The notes beneath the pieces are model-generated. The model saw only the letters and a list, made by a program, of their open reading frames with translations. It made no database searches and was not told where the DNA came from. A stretch of DNA of 60,916 bases from an uncultured Clostridiaceae bacterium (GTDB lineage: Bacteria > Bacillota > Clostridia > Lutisporales > Lutisporaceae): the NCBI GenBank assembly GCA_964619815.1, contig CAZUGK010000001.1:22878-83793 (forward strand), in the 5' to 3' direction. The translations under genes and the position numbers were made by a program. Shown piece after piece: positions 31,225-40,354 of this stretch (the first letter of the stretch is position 1; every line of letters starts with the position of its first letter).

Positions 31225-32022
31225 TTATAGCTTTATGAATACAGGCTTTCTGTCCTTGAATATTGTATAATATTCGAAGCCTATATCTGTAAGAAGAGAA
31301 TGTGCACTTTTGAACCCATATCCTAATGTCCTGGGGTTGTGTGAATCAGAGCCTAGTGTTATTATTTCGCCACCGAGAGACCGGTACAGTCTGAGTATAT
31401 CAGGAAGCGGATGAAAAGAGGAAAGACCGTAACGGAGGCCGGAAGTATTAATTTCTATACCTTTATTCGAATTTATCAGTTTAGACAGCACATTCCGGAT
31501 TTGTTCCTCATAAATTTCATATGAAAAGCTTTCCTCCTTGCCATCAAGATAACGCCTGACACCATCCAAATGTCCCAGCACGTCAAAGTCGCTGAAGTTA
31601 TCAAGGCACTGAAGCAGATCTCTGAAATAATACATAATGCCTTCCTTGTGTGTTATGCCGACCAGGTATGAGCCGTCATACATATCTTCCCTATTTACAA
31701 TATGAATTGAGCCAATAATAAAATCAAAGCTCCTGTCCTTCAGCAGGGCACTGTTTTCCGCATTGAGATGGGGCTGCATGCCGACTTCTACGCCTCTGAA
31801 TATTTCGAAATCCCCTGAAAATGAAGTTTTGACCGTATTCAACTCGTTAATGTAGTCGTTGTAGGAGAAGTCATAGTTTATATGGGAGCTGCCGTAATCC
31901 AGGTCAACATGATCAGTGAAGCATATGCCTTTCAAGTTTGAGCTTTTTCCTGCCATAGCCATTGAAAGCATGGGTGATTCTGAATCATTAGAGAAGCTTG
32001 AATGAACATGGAAATCGTACAT
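31225..32022 (-). CDS. PHP-family histidinol-phosphatase-like hydrolase
   Basis: MYDFHVHSSFSNDS...FTDHVD...GSIH...LGHLD...GSDSH, PHP-domain metal motifs. ATG at 32022 lies after AAAGGAGAC. The longer ORF-track start is rejected. Confidence 0.8.
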   Translation of the reverse strand: MYDFHVHSSFSNDSESPMLSMAMAGKSSNLKGICFTDHVDLDYGSSHINYDFSYNDYINELNTVKTSFSGDFEIFRGVEVGMQPHLNAENSALLKDRSFDFIIGSIHIVNREDMYDGSYLVGITHKEGIMYYFRDLLQCLDNFSDFDVLGHLDGVRRYLDGKEESFSYEIYEEQIRNVLSKLINSNKGIEINTSGLRYGLSSFHPLPDILRLYRSLGGEIITLGSDSHNPRTLGYGFKSAHSLLTDIGFEYYTIFKDRKPVFIKL

Positions 32023-32116
32023 AATAGTCTCCTTTTTACGCATATTAAGTATATACAGTATAATATTAAATTTTAAGCAAGACAAAGTCAATGTAAAAGT
32101 TAGCCGTAATTAGGCA

Positions 32117-32238
32117 TGCAAATTTTTTTGCAGTGATTTGGTTATGTGAACTAATAAAAGGTTAAAAATACAGGCATATGCAAGAAATAGTAAAAACAAT
32201 ATGCAAATTTATTTGCACTTAGTGCAAATAAATTTGCT
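32117..32238. promoter_or_regulatory. Three TGCAAA-N4-TTTGCA palindromes (probable enhancer/UAS sites for the sigma-54 activator)
   Basis: TGCAAATTTTTTTGCA (32117-32132), TGCAAATTTATTTGCA (32202-32217), TGCAAATAAATTTGCT (32223-32238). The last two together form a perfect 16+16 inverted repeat (32203-32237), about 135 bp upstream of the -24 element. Confidence 0.55.
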
Positions 32239-32353
32239 ATATTTTGGTCTGTTTAATTATTCTGAAATATCTAATAGTTGCTTGTGATTAGAAGAAAAAC
32301 TGTAAAATCAATGTTTTTTTAAATTATCATAAAACAATTTTAAAATTTTATTT

Positions 32354-32369
32354 TGGCATGAAGTTTGCT
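32354..32369 (+). promoter_or_regulatory. Sigma-54 (-24/-12) promoter of the ornithine degradation operon
   Basis: TGGCAT-GAAGT-TTGCT matches TGGCAC-N5-TTGCW with exact spacing, about 45 nt upstream of ATG 32416 and its AAAGGAGG RBS. Confidence 0.75.
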
Positions 32370-32415
32370 AAATATATAAACAGGTAGCCCTAATTATAAA
32401 AGGAGGTTTTACTTA

Positions 32416-33465
32416 ATGAGAAAAGAGAATGTTAAGGTAATTATCTGGGGTTTAGGCGCAATGGGCGGCGGAATCGCTGATTTGCTCCTCAAAAAGAAGG
32501 GCGTGGAGATTGTAGGTGCTGTAGGCAGAGGAGCCAAGATAGGCAAGAGCATGTATGACTACATAAAGACAGAAAGAGGCGACAGACCGGATGTTATAAT
32601 CGGTTCTTATGAGGATGTTATTAAAGAAAAAGCAGCCGATGTTGTTGTACTGTGCACAGACTCCTTTACAAGAAATGCTTTTGACAAGATAAAGTACTGC
32701 TTGGAGAAAAAGATCAATGTTGTATCCAGTGCAGAGGAAATGGCTTATCCTAAAGCTAAGGAACCGGAGCTTACAAAAGAATTGGATAAGATTGCAAAGG
32801 CTAATGGCGTAACAGTTCTCGGAACAGGTATAAATCCTGGACTCATGATGGATCTTCTTGTTGTAGCTTTCACCGGTGCATGTGAAGAAGTTGAGCATGT
32901 TGTTGCAAGGCGTGTAAACAGCTTGTCACCTTTCGGACCTGCAGTTATGGAAGAGCAAGGCATAGGCATTACAGTTGATGAATTCAAGAAGGGTGTTGAA
33001 ACAGGCAAGCTTGCAGGCCATGTAGGTTTTGCAGAATCGATAGGTATGATATCCGATGCTATAGGCTGGAAGCTAAGCGATTTCAATCAGACCATGGAGC
33101 CGATAGTTACTGAAGTTGACAGAAAGTCACCTTACGGCTTTGCAAAAGCAGGCGATGTTGCTGGCTGTGCAATGAAGGGTTACGGATACGTTGGCGGAGA
33201 GCTTAAGATAGAAATGGATCATCCGCAGCAGATAGAACCGCAGCTTGCCGGAGTTGAAACCGGTGATTATATAATAATAAAGGGAACACCTAACGTAAAC
33301 ATGGCCAACAAACCGGAAATACCCGGCGGAATTGGCACAATAGCAATGTGTGTAAATATGATACCTCACGTAATAAATGCAAGGCCCGGACTCAAGACTA
33401 TGATAGACCTTCCGGTACCAAGGGCAATTATGGGCGATATGAGGGAAATGATAGAAGAAGAATAG
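32416..33465 (+). CDS. ord: 2,4-diaminopentanoate dehydrogenase (copy 1)
   Basis: 349 aa. N-terminal Rossmann IIWGLGAMGGGIA, DapB-like fold. Close paralogue of the next gene. Heads the ort/ora cluster, as ord does in known ornithine fermenters. Confidence 0.82.
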   Translation: MRKENVKVIIWGLGAMGGGIADLLLKKKGVEIVGAVGRGAKIGKSMYDYIKTERGDRPDVIIGSYEDVIKEKAADVVVLCTDSFTRNAFDKIKYCLEKKINVVSSAEEMAYPKAKEPELTKELDKIAKANGVTVLGTGINPGLMMDLLVVAFTGACEEVEHVVARRVNSLSPFGPAVMEEQGIGITVDEFKKGVETGKLAGHVGFAESIGMISDAIGWKLSDFNQTMEPIVTEVDRKSPYGFAKAGDVAGCAMKGYGYVGGELKIEMDHPQQIEPQLAGVETGDYIIIKGTPNVNMANKPEIPGGIGTIAMCVNMIPHVINARPGLKTMIDLPVPRAIMGDMREMIEEE

Positions 33466-33488
33466 AATAGAATAGAAGAAAAATGTAG

Positions 33489-33532
33489 GCGAGGGACATA
33501 AAGTTTATGCTGAACATAAATATGTCCCTCGC
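33489..33532 (+). other. Strong intercistronic hairpin between the two ord copies (no T-tract)
   Basis: GCGAGGGACATA (33489-33500) / TATGTCCCTCGC (33521-33532), with further inner pairing (TTTATG/CATAAA). Followed by AAAATG, so not a canonical intrinsic terminator. Confidence 0.6.
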
Positions 33533-33619
33533 AAAATGTTGTGGCTGTATTGGTAATTTCTCTATATACTTGACCAATATTAGTAGTTAATTTGCACTAA
33601 GAAAAGGAGCAGTGAAAAG

Positions 33620-34669
33620 GTGGAAAATGTAAAGGTGGCAATTTGGGGATTTGGAGCAATGGGAAGCGGTATGGCAAGAATGATTCTTAATAAACAGGGA
33701 GTGGACATAGTCGGTGTATGCGATATGCATCCTGGCAGAGTAGGCAAGAGCATTTTTGAGGTTTTGAAAGAGGAAAAAGGCAGCAGACAAGATGTAATTA
33801 TTAAAGCAAATATTGATGAGGTAATATCAGAAGGAAGCTGTGACGTTTGCCTCTGTGCAACTGATTCCTATACTGAAAAAGCATTTCCGAAGCTTGCACA
33901 AGTTCTGAATAAGAAAATCAACGTAATATCAACAGCAGAAGAGATGTCATATCCTCAGGCTCAGAATCCTGAGCTTGCTGCCCAGTTGGATAAAATTGCA
34001 AAGAAAAATGGCGTGACAGTGCTTGGAACAGGTATTAATCCGGGACTTATAATGGATCTTCTGGTCGTATGCCTGACAGGCTGCATGACAAACGTTGAGC
34101 ATATTGAGGCTAAGAGGGTGAACAGTTTGTCACCTTTTGGCCATGCAGTTATGGAAGAGCAGGGAGTAGGTATTACTGTTGATGAATTCGAAAAGGGCGT
34201 AAAAAACGGAACGCTTGCCGGACATGTTGGCTTTGAAGAATCTGTAAGGATGATCGGCGATGCAATCGGCTGGGAGGTAGAAAAATTCGAACAGCAGATG
34301 AAACCAATTGTAACAAAGGTAGACAGAAAATCAACCTATGGGTTTGCAGCAGCCGGCAATGTTGCAGGTGTTAACATGACAGGCCAGGGCTATGTTGACG
34401 GAGAGGTAAAAATAGATATGATACATCCGCAGCAGATTGAGCCTGAAATGGAAGGGACTCAAACCGGAGATTATATTACAATAAAGGGTACTCCGGAGGT
34501 CAATATGTCAATAAAGCCTGAGGTGCAAGGCGGATTAGGCACTATTGCAATGTGCGTCAATATGATTCCTCAGGTTATAAATTCTGAGCCTGGACTTAAG
34601 ACTATGATTGATTTGCCTGTACCAAGAGCAATAATGGGTGATATGAGAAAGTTTATAAAGAAGAAATAA
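33620..34669 (+). CDS. ord: 2,4-diaminopentanoate dehydrogenase (copy 2)
   Basis: 349 aa. Colinear with copy 1 and roughly two-thirds identical by eye. GTG start after AAAAGGAG. Confidence 0.82.
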   Translation: MENVKVAIWGFGAMGSGMARMILNKQGVDIVGVCDMHPGRVGKSIFEVLKEEKGSRQDVIIKANIDEVISEGSCDVCLCATDSYTEKAFPKLAQVLNKKINVISTAEEMSYPQAQNPELAAQLDKIAKKNGVTVLGTGINPGLIMDLLVVCLTGCMTNVEHIEAKRVNSLSPFGHAVMEEQGVGITVDEFEKGVKNGTLAGHVGFEESVRMIGDAIGWEVEKFEQQMKPIVTKVDRKSTYGFAAAGNVAGVNMTGQGYVDGEVKIDMIHPQQIEPEMEGTQTGDYITIKGTPEVNMSIKPEVQGGLGTIAMCVNMIPQVINSEPGLKTMIDLPVPRAIMGDMRKFIKKK

Positions 34670-34683
34670 AGGAGTGTTGTAAA

Positions 34684-34995
34684 ATGAACTCAGCAAAAAA
34701 AGGAGACTGGGTGCAGATACATCAGATTGTTCTTAAACCGGAGGAGAGAGCACCGCAAGTTCCTGATGATACCAAGAAGGTACCTCTTGAGCTTTGGGTA
34801 AAGGGTATAGCTCTTAGCGATGCAAAAATCGGATCTCAAATCGAGATTGAAACTGCTACCGGCAGAAGGGTTAAAGGTGAACTGACTGCAATAAACCCAA
34901 GATATGAACATGATTTTGGGGAATTTGCCCCTGAGCTGCTAAAGGTAGACATGCAGCTTAAGGAAATCCTCTTTGGAGGTGGTTCAAATGAGTAA
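34684..34995 (+). CDS. ortA: 2-amino-4-ketopentanoate thiolase alpha subunit
   Basis: 103-aa protein directly upstream of, and overlapping, the PLP-dependent beta subunit. Sequence and position as for OrtA. Confidence 0.78.
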   Translation: MNSAKKGDWVQIHQIVLKPEERAPQVPDDTKKVPLELWVKGIALSDAKIGSQIEIETATGRRVKGELTAINPRYEHDFGEFAPELLKVDMQLKEILFGGGSNE

Positions 34996-36409
34996 AGATA
35001 TGTCATACGCAGCAGTAATGGGAAGAAAAAATGAAATAATGAAGCAGGCAATAGGTATAGATTACAATGCATTTGAATCCGGAAGCATATCCTTCGATTA
35101 TGAAAGAATGATGAGGGAAGCCGGATATACACTGGAAGAAATGCAGAAGATACAAGCCGAAACAAGCGTAGGCAATACCCCGATAGTAGAACTCAGAAAC
35201 CTTACAGAATTGGCCAGGAAGCTTGCCCCTAAAGGAAAAGGAGCAAGAATTTTTATAAAGGATGAAGCTGCAAATCCTTCCGGAAGCTTTAAAGCCAGAA
35301 GAGCGGCCACTTCTGTATACCATGCAAAGAAGCTTGGCTACAAGGGAGTAATTACTGCTACAAGCGGCAACTATGGTGCAGCGGTTGCTTCACAGGCTGC
35401 AAAGAGAGGACTTAAGTGTATTGTTGTACAGGAATGCTATGACAGCAGAAAGATTGGACAGCCTGAAATACTTGAAAAGCAGCGTGCCTGTGAGGCATAT
35501 GGTGCAGAGGTAATCCAGCTTACAGTCGGACCGGAGCTTTTTTACACCTTCCTGACATTGCTGGAGGAAACAGGTTACTTTAATGCATCATTATATACTC
35601 CTTTCGGAATTGCCGGAGTAGAAACCTTAGGCTATGAGCTTGCAATGCAGTTCAGGGAAAAACTGGGCAAAGATCCTGACAAGGTTATTATAACCAATGC
35701 AGGTGGCGGAAATGTGACGGGTACAGCAAGAGGCCTTATAAAAGCAGGGGCTAAGGATGTTGAGATTGTTGGAGCAAGCGTGGATCTTTCAGGTCTTCAT
35801 ATGGCTTCTGACAAGGATTTCAACAGAAAGTCCTTCACTACAGGACATACAGGCTTCGGCATACCGTTTGCAACCTGGCCTGACAGGTCAGACGTTCCGA
35901 GAAACGCAGCAAGACCTTTAAGATACCTTGACAGGTATGTGCTGGTAAAGCAGGGTGAGGTATTCTATGTCACAGAAGCATTATCGGTACTTGAAGGATT
36001 AGAGAGAGGACCTGCAGGGAACACATCCCTGACAGCAGCCTTTGCTCTTGCACAAGAGATGGATCAGGACCAGATCATAGTAGTTCAGGAAACTGAATAC
36101 ACAGGAGCAGGAAAGAGCCCGATGCCGCAGCTCAGCTTTGCTAAAAAGAACGGCATAGAGATATTGTTCGGTAATCCTGACCGCGATGAACCGGGGAAAA
36201 ACATAATACTTCCGGCTCACCCATCTGATATAAAAGTAAGAGACTATGATATCAAACATGCCAGAGCATCATATATAAAGAACTGTATTAACAATTACAA
36301 GGTAACAGAAATCACTAAAGAAGATTTTGACTTCCTTGTAAAGGATGCAAAGGCAGACAATAAGTTTGTAGAAGACGTACTTGCGGAATTAAATGTGAAA
36401 ATAAGATAA
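34988..36409 (+). CDS. ortB: 2-amino-4-ketopentanoate thiolase beta subunit (PLP-dependent)
   Basis: Fold-type II PLP enzyme (NPSGSFKARRA with the lysine, TATSGNYGAAVA). ATG 34988 lies after GGAGGTGG and overlaps the ortA stop. Confidence 0.85.
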   Translation: MSKDMSYAAVMGRKNEIMKQAIGIDYNAFESGSISFDYERMMREAGYTLEEMQKIQAETSVGNTPIVELRNLTELARKLAPKGKGARIFIKDEAANPSGSFKARRAATSVYHAKKLGYKGVITATSGNYGAAVASQAAKRGLKCIVVQECYDSRKIGQPEILEKQRACEAYGAEVIQLTVGPELFYTFLTLLEETGYFNASLYTPFGIAGVETLGYELAMQFREKLGKDPDKVIITNAGGGNVTGTARGLIKAGAKDVEIVGASVDLSGLHMASDKDFNRKSFTTGHTGFGIPFATWPDRSDVPRNAARPLRYLDRYVLVKQGEVFYVTEALSVLEGLERGPAGNTSLTAAFALAQEMDQDQIIVVQETEYTGAGKSPMPQLSFAKKNGIEILFGNPDRDEPGKNIILPAHPSDIKVRDYDIKHARASYIKNCINNYKVTEITKEDFDFLVKDAKADNKFVEDVLAELNVKIR

Positions 36410-36423
36410 ATGGAGGGATAGAA

Positions 36424-36780
36424 ATGGCAGTGAAACGTGCAGATGATTATGAGGTAAGAAGACAGCACCTCGCAAATCTTTCCGATGAAGAACTGAAACA
36501 GAAATTCTGGGGGCTGGCCGAAAAAATCGTCGAGCCAATGCTGGAGCTTGGCTACAAGAACACAACTCCCGCTATTGAAAGAAGCATACTTCTTAGAATG
36601 GGTTTCTCAAGCCTTGAAGTAAAGCCTATAGTTGAAGGCGTAATAAAAAAAGGACTTATGGGCAAGGGTGCCGGCAATGTAGTATGGAGACTCTCGAAAA
36701 AGCTCGGAGTTTCTGTAAGAGAAGCCGGAGTTGGACTTGCAGAAGGCAAATACTGGGATGAAGTCGACACATTGTTTTAA
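36424..36780 (+). CDS. oraS: D-ornithine 4,5-aminomutase small subunit
   Basis: 118 aa, immediately upstream of the large B12/PLP subunit. Size and sequence as for OraS. Confidence 0.82.
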   Translation: MAVKRADDYEVRRQHLANLSDEELKQKFWGLAEKIVEPMLELGYKNTTPAIERSILLRMGFSSLEVKPIVEGVIKKGLMGKGAGNVVWRLSKKLGVSVREAGVGLAEGKYWDEVDTLF

Positions 36781-36794
36781 AGGAGGGGAAACGT

Positions 36795-38999
36795 ATGAAA
36801 TTAGATCCTAACAAAAAGCTGGATATAAAGGAACTGCTTCAAGACCTTGAAAGCTACAGGCCAAGAAGAAGAGGCTGGCATTGGAGAGAGGGAAGAAATG
36901 AGAAGAGGATTATCGGAGACTTTGAATATCATGAAACCTCAGAAAGCCTGAAGAATTCTATTCCCCTGCCGGGAAGCCGCGGCTTCAATTATATAGATCC
37001 ACAGCCGGATTGTGTCATTACTACTGAAATAGCTTCAGGAAGGTTTGAAGACGATATAAGAAGAATGAGAATGGCAGCCTGGCATGGTGCAGACCATATA
37101 ATGGTTATAAGGACAGCAGGCCAGTCTCATATTGACTCTCTTATTGAAGGTACCACTCAGGGTATAGGCGGTATTGCTGTTACAAGAAAACAGTGCAGGG
37201 CTACTAGAAAAGCTCTCGATATGATAGAGGATGAAGTAGGAAGACCAATTAATTTCCATTCATATATTTCCGGCGTTGCAGGTCCTGATATAGCTGTAAT
37301 GTTTGCTGAAGAAGGAGTCAATGGAGCTCACCAGGATCCACAGTACAATGTATTATATAGAAATGTAAACATGGTCAGAAGCTTTGCTGATGCGTGTGAA
37401 GCAAAAAAAATCATGGCATGGGCAGATATATTGCAGATAGATGGAGCCCACAATGCCAATGCTACTGCAATGAAAGCCTGGAAGGTAAGACCGGAGCTTA
37501 TGGTTCAGCATGCCATAAACAGCATATTCTCAAGAAAGGTTGGCATCAAACCGGAGAATATAGCACTTTCTACAGTACCTCCGACAGCACCGCCGGCACC
37601 GCGTATGAGAATCGACCTTCCTTACGCCGTTGCACTGCGTGACTTCTTCAGCGAATACAAGATGAGGGCTCAGCAGAACACAAAATATATGGAATCAGAC
37701 ATGAGGGAAGCAACAGTTACACATACATTGGACCTCATGATTTCCAGACTTACAAGTGCTGATATACAGTCTACAATTACTCCTGATGAAGGAAGAAATG
37801 TTCCGTGGCATTACAACAACATAGCTGCGATCAACACAGCTAAGCAGGCTCTCGATGGGATGGACGGCTTAAGAGAAATGGTTAAGCTGGACAGGGAAGG
37901 GCCTTTAGGCAAGGAAGTAAGAGAGCTTAAAGAGAGAGCAGTACTCTTCATGGAAGAAATACTCGAAGTAGGCGGATACTTCAAAGCTGTTGAAAACGGC
38001 TTCTTCATAGACAGCGGTAACTATCCTGAAAGAAACGGCGATGGAATTCCAAGACAGATTGACGGCGGCATAGGCGTAGGCATGATATTTGAAAGAGATA
38101 AGGATTATTTTGCTCCTGTATCAGTTCACTACGGCTATAACAACATACCTGCAGAATTCAAGAAGGCTTCCGATGCTATAGGCGGGGATACCTTTGAAGA
38201 TCCTTCAAAGATTGTATATATTGACGAGCTTGACGAGTACGATAACGTAAACGTAAGACTCAAGGATCTTGAAAAATATTATGAGACAAACACTGTAAAA
38301 CCAGAGGTTGAGTGGAGAGCAGACGGAGTGGTTGCCACTACTATATTCCTCCCATTAGATGAAAGAACTGCAGAATTCGCAGCTATAAAATGCGGTGAAA
38401 AGCTTGGGCTTGAAGATGTGACGGTAGTCCATAAGCAGGCATTGCATCCTTCAGAGGGCACACTAGTTGAAATTAAGGGCAAAGTAAAATTTGACATTAA
38501 TGTTAACGAGCTGGTGATTCCGGAAAAGATTCCGGTAATGTCCGACGAAGAAATCAGAGATGACATCTCCGCAAAACCAATGTTTGTTGTAGCCGCTACT
38601 GTAGGAAACGATGAACACTCGGTCGGAATGAAGGAAACATTGGATATTAAACATGGTGGAATAGAAAAGTACGGTATAAAATACCTGTATCTCGGAACCT
38701 CCTGCCCGGTTGAAAAGCTTGTTGATGCAGCTATTGAGACTAATGCAGACGCAATATTGGCAAGTACAATCATTACTCATGATGACGTTCATGTGAAGAA
38801 CATGAGGAAGATACATGAGCTTTGCATAGAAAAGGGCATAAGAGACAAGGTAATGCTTGTTGTCGGAGGAACACAGGTTACCAACGAAATTGCTGTGGAA
38901 GCAGGTATGGATGCAGGCTTCGGCAGAGGCACCCACGGCAATGACGTAGCAAGCTTCCTTGTCAAGAGAAGAAGGGAAAAGCAGAACAATGAAAATTAG
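36795..38999 (+). CDS. oraE: D-ornithine 4,5-aminomutase large subunit (B12- and PLP-dependent)
   Basis: 734 aa. TIM-barrel N-terminal part and a C-terminal B12-binding Rossmann domain with the base-off DxHxxG-type motif (GNDEHSVG). Confidence 0.9.
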   Translation: MKLDPNKKLDIKELLQDLESYRPRRRGWHWREGRNEKRIIGDFEYHETSESLKNSIPLPGSRGFNYIDPQPDCVITTEIASGRFEDDIRRMRMAAWHGADHIMVIRTAGQSHIDSLIEGTTQGIGGIAVTRKQCRATRKALDMIEDEVGRPINFHSYISGVAGPDIAVMFAEEGVNGAHQDPQYNVLYRNVNMVRSFADACEAKKIMAWADILQIDGAHNANATAMKAWKVRPELMVQHAINSIFSRKVGIKPENIALSTVPPTAPPAPRMRIDLPYAVALRDFFSEYKMRAQQNTKYMESDMREATVTHTLDLMISRLTSADIQSTITPDEGRNVPWHYNNIAAINTAKQALDGMDGLREMVKLDREGPLGKEVRELKERAVLFMEEILEVGGYFKAVENGFFIDSGNYPERNGDGIPRQIDGGIGVGMIFERDKDYFAPVSVHYGYNNIPAEFKKASDAIGGDTFEDPSKIVYIDELDEYDNVNVRLKDLEKYYETNTVKPEVEWRADGVVATTIFLPLDERTAEFAAIKCGEKLGLEDVTVVHKQALHPSEGTLVEIKGKVKFDINVNELVIPEKIPVMSDEEIRDDISAKPMFVVAATVGNDEHSVGMKETLDIKHGGIEKYGIKYLYLGTSCPVEKLVDAAIETNADAILASTIITHDDVHVKNMRKIHELCIEKGIRDKVMLVVGGTQVTNEIAVEAGMDAGFGRGTHGNDVASFLVKRRREKQNNEN

Positions 39000-40341
39000 T
39001 GTACTGGTAGCTGAGATTGGCAGCACCACTACAGTAGTTAATGCATTTGACAGGATTATGAGCCCTTGTCCGAAATTCATCGGGCAAGGGCAAGCTCCTA
39101 CTACGGTGCTTAATGGTGATGTAACCGTAGGACTTAGAGGTGCTGTAGATGACCTAAAGAGGAACCTGGGAGAGACAGAGCTTACGTGGGATGAATTCCT
39201 TGCAACCAGCAGCGCGGCAGGGGGCCTTAGGATGACAGTCCACGGCCTTGTATATGATATGACGGTAAGGGCTGCAAAGGAGGCTGCACTGGGTGCAGGA
39301 GCGATAATCAAGCATGTTACGGCAGGAAAACTAAGAAGAACAGACCTGAAGAAGATTGAGGAAATAAGGCCCAATATTATATTGGTTGCAGGGGGAGTAG
39401 ACTACGGTGAAAGGGACACCGCCCTGCACAATTTTGAAATGATAGCATCCATGGGTCTCAATATTCCTGTAATATATGCAGGTAATATTGAGAATCAGGA
39501 GGAAGTTAGGCTGATTGCAGAAGAAACCGGTACAAGGCTTTATTTAGTGGAGAATGTTTACCCAAAGGTTGACATGCTTAATGTAGAACCTACCAGAAAA
39601 GTCATTCAGGAGGTTTTTGAAGAGCATATTATACATGCACCCGGGATGAGCACAGTAAGAGATATGGTGAAGGGACCGATTATACCAACACCTGGAGCGG
39701 TAATGGAAGCCGCGAAGCTTCTTAAGGAGTATTTGGGTGACCTTGTTGTATTCGATGTAGGAGGTGCAACAACGGATGTCCACTCAGTTACAGAAGGCTC
39801 GGAAGAAGTAAATTTGATGCTTATAAGCCCCGAACCTGTAGCGAAGAGAACTGTTGAAGGAGATCTGGGAGTATATGTGAACCTTGAACATATAGTGGAG
39901 AAGATAGGCTTGGAAAACCTGAAAAAGGAATTCCCGGATGCAGAAGAGCTTATAAAAAATAAAAAGCCAATTCCTGAGACAGACAGGGAAAAACAGTTTA
40001 TCGAAAGTCTGACCAAAGAGGCCGTACTTACATCTTTGGAACGTCATGCGGGCAGACTCAGATACTTGTATGGTCCTAGCGGAAAAAAGACGGTCGCAGA
40101 GGGAAAGGACCTTACTAATATTAAGTATGTTATTGGAACCGGAGGAGCCTTAACAAGACTTCCTAACCGGATTGAAATACTGAAGGCAGTCGGACTGTAC
40201 TCAAAAGGAACGGAGCTGTATCCTGGAAAGGAAGCTAAGATACTGGTTGACAACCATTATATAATGGCTTCCCTGGGAGTGCTCTCCAAAAGATTCCCGG
40301 AAGCGGCACTGGAGCTTATGAAGCAAAGTATGCAAATCTAG
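38989..40341 (+). CDS. GlmL/MutL-like (glutamate mutase reactivase-type) ATPase, probable aminomutase reactivase
   Basis: MKISVLVAEIGSTTTVVNAF... and DVGGATTDVHS, ASKHA/actin-like ATPase motifs of the MutL (glutamate mutase) family. ATG 38989 overlaps the oraE end. Confidence 0.72.
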   Translation: MKISVLVAEIGSTTTVVNAFDRIMSPCPKFIGQGQAPTTVLNGDVTVGLRGAVDDLKRNLGETELTWDEFLATSSAAGGLRMTVHGLVYDMTVRAAKEAALGAGAIIKHVTAGKLRRTDLKKIEEIRPNIILVAGGVDYGERDTALHNFEMIASMGLNIPVIYAGNIENQEEVRLIAEETGTRLYLVENVYPKVDMLNVEPTRKVIQEVFEEHIIHAPGMSTVRDMVKGPIIPTPGAVMEAAKLLKEYLGDLVVFDVGGATTDVHSVTEGSEEVNLMLISPEPVAKRTVEGDLGVYVNLEHIVEKIGLENLKKEFPDAEELIKNKKPIPETDREKQFIESLTKEAVLTSLERHAGRLRYLYGPSGKKTVAEGKDLTNIKYVIGTGGALTRLPNRIEILKAVGLYSKGTELYPGKEAKILVDNHYIMASLGVLSKRFPEAALELMKQSMQI

Positions 40342-40354
40342 CTTTGCTGGATAT

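Noticed and set aside
33462-33482. Short AATAG/GAATA microsatellite (TAGAATAGAATAGAAGAA) after ord copy 1
   Set aside because: It has only about 3 units, spans the stop codon region and is of no evident significance.
33542-33557. TGGCTGTATTGGTAAT as a second sigma-54 promoter in front of ord copy 2
   Set aside because: It has a TGGC -24 half, but the -12 region reads TTGG, not TTGC, and no upstream palindromes accompany it. Only a single half-site (ATTTGCAC) lies nearby.
38463-39374. 303-aa ORF on the minus strand
   Set aside because: It lies entirely antisense to oraE and the reactivase-like gene, both of which have strong family signatures. The translation is low-complexity (Ser/Ala/Val/Leu-rich) and there is no RBS. 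Typical shadow ORF.
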